In this document: positions 42,165 to 52,500 of the stretch, piece after piece
How positions within the stretch are numbered: the first letter of the stretch is position 1
How the letters are laid out: each line of letters starts with the position of its first letter
DNA from: Phaeosaccion multiseriatum
Taxonomy: Eukaryota > Protista > Ochrophyta, other classes
NCBI GenBank assembly: GCA_965112735.1
Contig: OZ218955.1
Location: forward strand, 1,426,001 to 1,490,000
Direction of reading: 5' to 3'
DNA: 64,000 nt
The notes under the pieces: model-generated
Seen by the model: only the letters and a program-made list of their open reading frames with translations
Told to the model about the DNA's origin: nothing
The model's database searches: none
Program-made: the position numbers and the translations under genes

Positions 42165-42848
42165 CTACAGTACAGCCGTTACATCTGTTACATCCCCCTC
42201 GTTGGGGCCGCTAGGGCGATTCCTCCACCGTCTCGTGCAGCTACCCTCCTCTGACTCTCTTACTCGCACGTGCCGATGCGGGTGAGAGAGAGGTGGAGGC
42301 GGGCCGCTTGCACGCGTGCACTGAACGATGATGATGATGATGACGTCCGATGGTGAAGGCATTGTTGCTCCTCCGCACCACTGCGCCGCCGCCACCCCCC
42401 CCCCCCTCCCCTGCTCCTGCTCCTGCCGTTGACACGCCCAAGCCGTAGCGTATCCATTTCCTCCAAACACCTGATCGCAACAGAAGCGCGCAGCGTCCGC
42501 GCCGCCGCCGCCCCCCCCGCCGCACTGCAGCTTGCCGAAGCTTGTGGATAGACTCCACCTCCTTGCGTCGTCCTGCAGTTGCTGCTGCTTCTGCTGCGAG
42601 TGGCGATGAGGAGGACTATAGTAGTGCAGGGCGTGGGCAGAAGGGAAGGCAGTCGCTGATGGGCTACTGATAGTTGGCGTGCTGGTGTAGTCGAGTCTCT
42701 TCCTCAGTCCGCCCCACTCGAGCTCCGCTCGCTGTTCATGCTCCTGCTCCTCACTTCTTTTGGCATTGGTGCTGTTGTTGCTACCGTTCTGCTCCCCGTA
42801 AAATCTGGCACAGCAGGTCATGGAGCCTTGACAGCAGTCGCACACCAT
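42165..42848 (-). other. Possible orphan ORF or decayed gene (227 aa)
   Basis: ATG-initiated ORF largely free of microsatellite; no recognisable motif; upstream frames contain stops. Confidence 0.25.
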
Positions 42849-43404
42849 ACGTACCCGACGTCAACACAGTTCCGGATGAACACTCTGATTCGCTTCCGCA
42901 GATGTTAGTCGTGGGGCGGAGCAAAACGGTTCACCTCTTTATGTGCCGCTCGAGGAACGCGCCCTTGTATATCCTTCTCCTGTGCTGTTATATATTCTGT
43001 GTGAGGTCTTGCTGATCTTGGTTCCTCCTCTCCTCCACTATTTGACTACCACCACTACCAACGCTACCAGGCAATCACAGGAGCCAACACATTAACTAGT
43101 CAGTGGGCTGTATGATCTGGCAATTGATCTTATCCGTCTTCAGAGTTTTTTTATTGAGTAAACGCACTGAACCCACAGTGTGACAATGCATGAGAGTTTC
43201 AGTTTGCGGCCAAAATGTAACGGCAAAGCTTTTTTTCCCCCTTTTCTTTTTCTTAAAGGGGCCTGTGCTAATCGATGCTAACCATGGGATCCCTTCTCTA
43301 ATGACCTCTCCTCCCTTCTCTTCTAACCCAGCCAGCAGTCACTCAGACACCTCCGCACTTTCAGTCCGTCATCTCTGACTACTGACTACTAGGCACCTAG
43401 CTAG

Positions 43405-43538
43405 TCGACCCCTGACACGCTATCGCCCACTTTCTCGATAGCGCGCTATCGCGCTATCGGCCGGGGCGCCGGCGATAGCGGATAGCGACCCGGCTGGCGC
43501 CGGCGATAGCGGATAGCGGATAGCGTGTCAGGGGTCGA
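43405..43538. mobile_element. 134-bp MITE with 20-bp TIRs and a 10-bp TSD
   Basis: TIR TCGACCCCTGACACGCTATC ... GATAGCGTGTCAGGGGTCGA. Flanking direct repeat ACCTAGCTAG at 43395-43404 and 43539-43548. Internal GCTATCG / GATAGCG subrepeats. Confidence 0.9.
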
Positions 43539-43544
43539 ACCTAG

Positions 43545-46500
43545 CTAGACTGCTGGCACTCTCCCGTGCATCGTCTCTAGGGCGGCCGACAAGCACACAC
43601 TCTGAAGCTGAGGCTCGAAGTGCTTCATACGTGTGGCCCGTCCACTCTTGCCCCGCCCAGCGCCGCCCATCACCGCCGGCCGCCGTCCTCCCCACCCCCC
43701 CCCCCCCCCCCCTCCTCCTCCTCCTCCTCCTCCTCCTCCTCCTCCTCCTCCTCCTCCTCCTCCTCCTCCTCCTCTTACTGGCATCCACCTACGCTTCAGA
43801 GCCTCCTTCTTCGCTACCGCTGCCCCCTCCTCCTCTCCCCCCCTCCCACCATCAGTAGCTCCTCCTCCTCCTCCTCCTCCTCCTCCTCCTCCTCCTCCTC
43901 TTCCTCCACCACCACCACCTTGGAAGATACGGTCCCTCTGATGCGGTCGAGTCGGCGTTCGTCCTCGGCAGACCCGCTCTGCTAATTTCCTCCGAAATTG
44001 CTCTGACTTGGCCAGATTCTCCTTCGCTGCCACTTGGAGCGCCGAAACCGTTCTGGCAATCTCTCGAGCGCTTGATGCGATTATGGAGGGTGGGAGCGGC
44101 TTCATACCCACGATAAGGTCCTATGTGTGTTTGCAGTTGTGTGTGTATGTATGAGGGCGTGCGCAGTTGTGTGTGTGTGTTGACATCAATGACGCGGGGA
44201 GCGTGAGGGGGTGAGGGGGTGGGTATGAGGGTAGATATTGGAGTTCTCAGGTCAAGGGCCGGGTCAGGGTCAGGGTCAGGGTCAGGGTCAGGGTCAGGGT
44301 CAGGGTCAGGGTCAGGGTCAAGGAAGGTCAAGGTCGGGGTCAGGGTGAGGGTCAGGGTGAGGGTGAGGGTCAGGGTCAGGGGTAGATCGGTCGCATGAAA
44401 CACACACACACACAACACAACCGCACACACACACACACACACACACACATACGCAAACACGCACACACATACACAACCGTACACACACACACACACACGC
44501 ACCTGCTGCGGTGCCCCTCCCGAGCGCAGCTCAGCCGCGTGAGCTCCCATCACACCCTGCACTAGGCCCTTCCTCCCTCGTATTGACTTGGTGAGAGAGG
44601 AGGAGAGGGCCGCAGGCCCCGCCCCCGATACTGCCTGAGACCCTTGTAACTGAGAGGCCTCGTTTGTTGCAGAAACAAGGTTGCTGGACTCCTCGTTCGT
44701 CCCTGAAGCTGTTGCTGCTGCCGCTGCTGTTGTTGGTCTGCTTGGGATAGGCCCACTTCCAGCAGGAGATCCCCCTCCTCCCCCCCCTCCTCCTGCACCA
44801 CTTGTTCCGAGGTGCTGCTGGCGAGCCCTGCTGTGGGTAGAACACAAAAGAGAAGACGAACAAGTATGCGAGTTGGTGATACTGGCACACATGAGGTACC
44901 GTGACGCACCCACCCACACCCACACCCACTCATCCACTCACACACCCACCCACCCACCCACACACCCACCCACCCACTTACACCCACCCACCTCCTCCTC
45001 GCCGGATAGCCGCCTCCCCTCCCTCTTGATCCGGCGGTGGCCCAGTAGCTAGGTCTTGTGGGTGCAGGGTCGAAAGCACTGCAGCGGTACAAGCGAGCAA
45101 GCTCAGCGTCCACGAGGGGGAGGTACTGCGCAGTTCCCTCCACAGCGATATGGCATACGAATCTTTGGGGTGGGGGGGTGAGGGAGGGGAGGGGAGTGGA
45201 GGGAGGGAGAGGGGGAAGGAGAGGGGGAGGGAGGGAGGAGGGAGGGAGGGAGGGAGGGAGGGGGAGTTATAGGCTATGACTCTGCCCAGCCCTGCTCCAT
45301 CTTGCCCTGCCCTGCCCAGACTCCTCTGCTGACTGACTGACTGACTGACTGACTAACTGACTGACTGACTAACTGACCTACTAACCTACAGAGAAGGTGC
45401 AGTGATTCGAAGAAGATGGCATCGAGCACCGTTGACTCAAAGTTGCTGCAGTACAGCAGCACACGCCCGTAGATGCTGCCCATCTGTGAAGCCGTTTCGT
45501 CAACATCAAGACAATACAGAAAAGAGGAACAGAGGGGTCAAGAGGGAGGGGTCAGGAGGGAGGGAGGGGGGTGTTGGTTGGCAGGCTGATTGGTGTGTTG
45601 GTAGGTTGGTTTGCCTCACCTCAGCAATAGCTCTACGCCGCTTCTCCAGTGAGAATTTCGAGGCCTCCTTCTCGAGGTCCTTCCTTTGCGCTCTATACTT
45701 TCGCAGCACGGCACTCTCACCCCCCTTACCGCCCCCCGCCGCCTCCTCCTCGTCCCTCGCCGAGGCAACGGAGGAGCTCCACTTCTTCTCGAACTGAAAG
45801 AAGCGCTTTTGCATCTCCGCCTTGCCAATGACGAGGAACATGTAAATGATGACGCTCTGCAACCAGTACTTGCACAAGTCGCTTTTTGCAAAGGCCAAGA
45901 GGGAAGGAGGCAGAGCTGCTCTCCCTTCCGCGGCAAGCTCTCGCATGACAAGGAGTGCTTCCGAGAGTCCGTCCTTCAAATTGAAAATCTAGATTGAGCG
46001 AGGATCGAGGAGGAGGAGGAGGAGGAGGAGGAGGAGGAGGAGGAGGAGGAGGAGGAGGAGGAGGAGGAGGAGGAGGAGGAGGAGGAGGAGGAAAATAGGC
46101 CAGCCAAAACAAGTAGAGCATTGGAGATTGCGTTACGATAGTGATGAGAAAGAGACAGAAGGAGGGATTGAGGGAGAGGGAGAGAGACAGGGAGAGGGAG
46201 AGAGGGAGAGGGAAAAAGACAGAGATACAGAGAGAAAACCAGAGAGGGAGCGAGAGAAAGGGGCGAGAGATAGAGAGAGGGAGAGAGAGGGAGAGAGAGG
46301 AGCGAGAGAGCGGAGAGAGAGCGAGGTAGAAAGAGTGAAGGAGTCAATGACCAAACCTGTCTGACGACACACCTTCCTTGGGCGCGTGCCCCCTCCCGCG
46401 AGGTCAGACGAGGACTCTCCTAGGCCACCTCCGCCTCCGCTGCTACCGCTGTCGTTGCCGCTGCTCCTAGTCGTTGAAAGATGGCGCTTCCCTCGCGAAA

Positions 46501-46678
46501 AGGTCGAGCCTGTCCTTGCCTTCCGAACCTCCGCGGTTCCTCCTGCGTCCCCGGACATGCAAACACATAGCCATGCAAAGCAGTTTAAGAAAGATGCGCC
46601 CGAAGACCTTCCCCCCCCCCCTCTCCTCTTACCAGTGGCAAGAGGTGAAGCAGAGTCGCCGTCATCGTCCAGCTCCAT
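43545..46678 (-). CDS. PPP1R36-like (PPPI_inhib family) protein, ~615 aa, 6 exons
   Basis: Exons 46678-46373 (start uncertain; in-frame ATGs extend to 46831), 45988-45620, 45483-45386, 45162-44992, 44830/44827-44503, 44120-43545. Spliced core AIAEMGSIYGRVLLYCSNFESTVLDAIFFESLHLLCRFVCHIAVEGTAQYLPLVDAELARLYRCSAFD resembles the PPP1R36 'Y..LxL...D..FFE....E+GRLFR...FN' block. Confidence 0.65.
44260..44381. repeat. (TCAGGG/TGAGGG)n hexamer array in an intron
   Basis: Direct reading. Confidence 0.9.
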
Positions 46679-46829
46679 GTTGTTTTTCCCCCCCCCCCAA
46701 AAAAAAAAAGTAACTGTAAAAGAAACTGAAACTTTAACTTTGGCTGTCATCGTCCCTTCATCCATCCCTCCTCTTTCCTCCCCCAGCCCCCCCACCCCTT
46801 CCAAGGAGGGAGGAATAAGAATTGGGACC

Positions 46830-48486
46830 ATGCAGATCCCCGAGGTAAGAGTATTTGCCCCCCCCCCCTACTCTAGTCTTCCAGTCTCCTCTGGCCCTTG
46901 TCCCTCACCCCTTTCCCCCTCCATCCCTCGCTTGTGGGTTGCTCTTGTGCCAGGCTACCCGCCTTGACCGAGCCATCAGATGTGGCCAAAGTGTCCGGCA
47001 GGTGCAAAAGGCGGTGAGGGCCCTCGTCGCGAAGAACGGAGGAAGCAAGGCATGCCTGGACGAGCACCTGAGTGAGCAAGGATTTTCAGCCATGCATGCA
47101 GCCGTGGGACACAAGAGCGTTGACATTGTTGCGCTTTTGCTGCAAGAGGGAGCGTCGCCGAATGTGCGAGATGCGGAGGGCAGAACTGCGTTGATGAGTG
47201 CGAGTGGTCCTTTTTCAGATGCTGCTGTTGTACAACAGCTCCTCTCTGCTGGTGCTGAAATCAACTCAACAGGGAGCGACGGATATACGGCTCTCATGGG
47301 GGCGTCCAAGGGAGGGGCAGTTGAGATTGTGAACATGCTGCTCTCCAATGGTGCCGATGTAAGCTTGGCTTGCACTAATGGCCTGACGGCGTTGATCATT
47401 TCAGCAGAGGCGGGCCAGCATGAGGTGGTGCAGCAGCTTCTGTCGGCGGGTGCAGAGGTGGACTGTGTAGACGCGGAGGGACATACGGCTCTCCAAGACG
47501 CCTCATTTAACGGACTCGAAAGTGTAGTCCAGCAGCTGATTTCCGCCGGGGCGGAGGTCGAGAAGACAAGTCCCAAAGGCTTCACGGCCTTGTCCTGTGC
47601 CTGCATGAGCGGGCATCTTGCGGTGGTGCAGCTCTTGCTTTCGGCCCACGCTAACCCCAACAATCATGTTGATGGCAGAGATATTGAAGGCCACAGTCCG
47701 TTGGTGATGGCCGCCGAAAAAGGACACGACAGGGTCACACAGCTGCTGCTCACCTCTGGGGCAGATCCGAGTTTGGCCAGCTCAGAATACTATCCGCTTG
47801 CCGTAGCAAGCCAAAATGGTCATGGTCTTGTAGTGGATCAGCTCATTGCAGCCGGTGCCGGCCTCGAAAGCCGTAACGGTGGAAAGGGGATAACAGCGTT
47901 GATGGTGGCATCTGAGAGGGGGCATCGAAGTATTGTGCGAAAGCTGCTCAGGGCTGGTGCAGAGGTTAATGCGACTAATGGGTATGGAGGAGCGCTACAC
48001 GTGGCATCTCAGGAAGGCCATGCTCCTGTCGTGAAGGAACTCATCTCAGGAGGGGCCGATGTGGAGATGCTGAATACTCGTTACAGAGCCTCAGCTTTGC
48101 GCTTAGCTGCTGTGCATGGTCATGCGGCGGTGATCCGTGAGCTCCTGTCTGCTGGAGCTGATCCTGAAACTGAAACTGAAGTCGTAAGCTCTTTTGGGAC
48201 GCCCTTGTACAGTGCTGCACTCGCGGGCCACAGCGGGGCGGCCTTGGAGCTTCTCTCAGGAGGGGCCTCAGTGGAAAGGGCTCTGTCTCAGGCTCGAGGG
48301 CTCAACGATGCAGGCGCCTGTGTTCAGTGGCTTCTGGCCGCGAGCAGACAGCACTTTGCGTCACAAAGCGCGTTGGACCTGATGCGGGGCACTGACCGTC
48401 TCTTTGGCAAGGAAGGGAGGCTGAAGGTGTCGCAGAGAGAGGTGAGCTCTGAAGTGCTGCAGGAGGTGGCGGAGGAGATGGCATGA
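46830..48486 (+). CDS. Ankyrin-repeat protein, copy A (~12 ANK repeats, ~515 aa)
   Basis: Exon 1 46830-46844 (MQIPE|gtaaga), intron to 46953, exon 2 46954-48486 (1533 nt). Tandem G-x-TAL-x-x-A...G...VV..LL..GA repeats. Confidence 0.9.
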
Positions 48487-49040
48487 TAAGCTCGCCATCC
48501 CCCCCCCCCCCTGTTGGGAAGAACAGCGGGCGGTCTCTCGAGGTCGTCTCACACAGTCAGGCACAAGGAGGGGCGAGGAGAAGAGAGAAGGGTACCTTGC
48601 CTCACGCCTCAAGTCTCTCTCCTCGGAGGGCTCTGCCAAGAGGCAGAGGTGGGAGGAGGTGAGGGGGAGAAGGAGGAGTAGCGAGGCAGAAGAGACCCAT
48701 GTGACTTACCGGATAGGGGTCTGGGAGCGCCCGGCAGCTACCGCGACACCGGCACCGCCGCCGCACGCCATACGCCGCCGCGGAGGCTCTGAGCCACAGC
48801 CGTGACAGCCTTGGCGCCGGGCAAAGCAAGCCCCCCCTTCTTCTGTTGCCGCGTGGACTCCATCCACTGCCTTCTACTGGGGCGGGGGAATGCTCAGGAC
48901 CATGGGCTGTGCCTCACTGCCTCATGAGAGGAGCTGTCGACCCAGCGCCGTCGCGCCTTCCCACGAGCCGGCAACCGCCACCGCTGGCGAAGGGCAAGAA
49001 GGAGTCCGTGAAGGAGGAGGAGCTGGGGTAGGAGAGAGGG
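46920..49040 (+). repeat. Left arm of a ~2.1-kb inverted duplication
   Basis: Reverse complement of ~60255-62372. Covers the intron 3' end, the ANK exon and ~550 bp downstream. Confidence 0.95.
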
Positions 49041-49569
49041 AGAGAATGCGTCAAAAACACAAGAGGGAGTCATGAGAGAGAGGGAGAGGGGGGTTCAGAA
49101 AGGCACCAGGAGAAGTCAGAGATGTTTACTCTTGATCCTATCCTACTTGGCAGTTACGCTTCTCTCAGTTTTGGGTTTGGGCATGTATGGCGCTGCTGTG
49201 GTGCAAAAGAGGAAGGATTGCAGACCTGCAGAGCTGCAGAGCATTTCTCGCTGTATCACCAACTAGGCTAGTGTGTAATAATCGTATCCGTGTTATTTTA
49301 TAACCCAAATTGATATTTGACTATAATTCATGACAAAATGAGGTACTTCATTCTATACACTCCAAAAGATGAAAGCTCCTAAAGATTGCTTCCTATGGTA
49401 CGATGAGCTTATCCTCAATCCTCGTTGCATTCAAGTCCTCTCCTCTCCTCTCCCCTCCTTCCCTTCCTAATCTCAAAACGTCAAGCCCCCAGCCCGACAA
49501 CACAGCCACACCTTCCCATTGACTCTCCCACCGCCCCTCCTACTCCTACTCCTACTCCTATAATTACTA

Positions 49570-52500
49570 TTACCGCTCCTGCTGCTGCTGCTGGGGCTGA
49601 ACGTTGGCCCCCACCTTGCCACTCCCGTCCACAAACAGCGGCACGCCAATGTTGGCACCAAACTGCAACACCATCGGCGAGGAAGACCTTGTTCCGTCCG
49701 GGGCCAACACACTCAAATCACTGTCATTGTCGCTGTCCACACCATCGTCCGATCCGTTCATATCCTGTTCCAAAGCCGCCCGCGCCTCTGCGGCCAACCG
49801 CGCCGACCCGAGTCTCTCCTGCTCAGCAGACCCAACCCCCTGCTCCCCCTGTCCGGAGGGGACGCGCGCAGAGGACGCAGAGGAAGCAGAGAAGGCGGAG
49901 TTGTCGTCGCGTACCTCTTGGGGGCGACTGGCGCGGACGTACGCGGAAGCAGGTGGGTTTCCGAGTCGAGGAGGAGAGGGGCTTTGCTCATCTACACGAA
50001 CACGTTCCCTCGGTCGGCTGTCCCCCGCTGCTGCTGCCGCCACCGCCGCCGCATCGTCCGCAGCCCTCCACGCGCCTCTCTCTCCTGCCGACGTACGAGG
50101 CTGCGAAGCGCCCCTCGCCTGCTCTCTCGATCGCTCCCTGCTATCTCCTCTTCGTCCGTCCCTTGGTGCGCTGAGAGGCCTTGCTGCTGGAACAGGCCGT
50201 CTGCCCCCGCTGCCTCCGAGACTCACTTCCTCGTCGGCCACCGCCGGGTAGATGTTACTTTGACCCGACGACCCTGACCTTGCCCTTCCGCCACCGCCAC
50301 CTTGCCCCCAACCCCCCGATCCTCCTCCTCCCTCACCATTTCTGAAACGCGCCTCCTCGGAGGGCGACCTCTTGTAGTGGTAGCTCTCTCCATACCCACC
50401 CACCCCGCCCACCGACTGCGACCCCCTCTCTCTCTCAATCTCTCGCGCCCTTGCCGCTCTCTCCCTCGACACGCTTCGGCCGTATTCGTCGCCCACCAGG
50501 GTGCGGTCCTCATTCTTGTTCAGCTCCATCAACGAACCCGAGCTGGAGGCACCCTGCATCTGCATCGACGCCCTTCGTCCTCCCCCCCCTTGCACCACTC
50601 TACTCATGGAGCGGGTAGAGTACGCCAAGAGGTCAGGGGCGGAGTTATTGTTGGGACCGTACTGACCCCCACTCGGAAGGGGGGGCAACGACATGTTGCT
50701 CACGTCCATCCCTCCTCCTCCGTACCCTCCTCCATAGGCCGGGCCCGTGAAGCTTGCCGTCGAGTTGGAGCGTGTCATGGTCGTACGGCGCAACTCATTT
50801 CGACTCGTCTGCATCACTGCCTTGGAGAGGTCGTAGTCGGACGGACCCACCGCCCCGGGCACAGCGCGTGGGGCATCGAGTACAAGCTCCCCGGGGGACC
50901 CGCTCCTCGTGCCCCTCGAAGGGGAAGCAGAAGAGCCCTTTCGTCCTCGTCCTGGTCCTCCTGCTCCTGGTCCTCCTGCTCCTGGTCCTCCTCGCCCTCG
51001 CCTGGGAGGAGTGACCCCGACTCCTGCGTTTGAGCGTGATGACTTGCTCATACCCGTAGACAGGTCAAATGCGGGGCTGATGGGCGGTAATCGTACCCCG
51101 GCCTCACTCTTGCTGAGCAGGTCCGACACACTCCCTCCTCCTCCACTCGTCACGGGCGGGGGCAGTCCTCCTCCTCCTCCTCCTCCTCCTCCTCCTCCTC
51201 CTCCTCTTCCTCCTCGCTCTCCTCCATCTCCTCCCCCCTTGGACATGCTCCTGAGCCCATTCTCGTAGTTGTACTCGTAGCGGTGATCGGACACTCGACT
51301 ACCCTCGTCGTACTCACTGTAGCCTTCATCCCCGTCCTCCCGGTCGGCCTCGAAACCGTCATCCTCATGCATCATCTCAAGCTGCCCCTGCTGCTTGTCC
51401 ATCATGTCGTGGTTGTCCTTGGTGCGCGACTGTATGGCCCACTTGGTACAACAGAGCACCGCTCCAAACAGTCCGAACAACCCGGCCACCACCAGCAACG
51501 CCAGCAGCCCGTCGTTCAACACGCGCGGCTCGCTTTCACCAGACGCGGATCGCGACCCGACACCAATGACTCCCGCAGAGGCCATCACCCCAGAGTCTCC
51601 TCCGGTAAAGAAAGGGGTGTCGGGACCGACCCCTGTGGAGCTATCGGGATGCTCGAACAGCTCATCCACCTCCCTCCAAGAAAGGTTGAGCACACGTGCC
51701 TCGGCATCGCACGAGCCGTAGGCAACGAGGAGGCGCTCCCCGTCCAAGGAAGGGGTGAGGCCGGAGCTAAACACCGGGCAGTTGTCGGGGTCGCCGCTCA
51801 CCACCGGCAGGGCACGACTGACGGCTAGAGGCCGATAGGGTTGTTCGGCAGTGAAGGAGAGAAGGTAGTTGACGTACTCGCCTTCCGCGCTGAGGGTGTG
51901 GAAGGTTCCCAAGAAGTAGTCGTCAAGGACAGTGTTGCGGATGCGAATGGCGTTGGAGCCTCCGTGAATGTCCAGTTTCAATGCGCTGCCAAAGAGCTCC
52001 AGGGGGGTTTCCACCACGGGGTACTCCTCCACCACCTCGTTCAACAGCGTGTCCACACGCACAGCGGTGAAGGGAGAGATGTTCTGAATGAAGCCCTTGG
52101 ACTCATCTTCTCCGTCATCGAGGTCGAAGGACATCCAGTTCTTTTGGAAGCTTCCGTCGTCGAGGTTTCCGGGTTGGAGCTGGCTGGCAAACACCACCTG
52201 AGTAGGAACAAGAGGGGGAGGGAGGGGAGATGTCAGCAAAAGCAAGAGCAAGAGCAAACACAAAAGCCAAAGCAAAGGCCCAAAGCCTCTACTCCCTCTC
52301 CCCTCCTCCCTCCCTCCCTCCCTCCCTCCCTCCCCACTGACTTACCGACTCATCCCCCTCCGAGCGTGTGCGCAAGTCCCCAGCAGTGACGAACATGGTA
52401 CCCACCGTCACACCCCCCGCTGTCGGGCACTGCTCGAACGGTTCGTTGGGCAGGGTAGAGAAGAAGGTCAAGGCCAGTCGGTCACCCGCCTCCGCGTCGT

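Noticed and set aside
44260-44381. True telomere or chromosome end
   Set aside because: Short, intronic, and made of TCAGGG/TGAGGG variants rather than a canonical array.
35581-46740. AGTTTCAGTTTC as a divergent-promoter motif (35581, reverse ~46722)
   Set aside because: Similar sequence also occurs in introns, intergenic DNA and the ANK coding region, so it is not promoter-specific.
48442-48805. Spliced C-terminal extension of the ANK gene (donor 48442, acceptor ~48556, open frame beyond)
   Set aside because: A 4-nt indel between the two copies breaks the frame and no domain is evident; cannot be excluded without RNA data.
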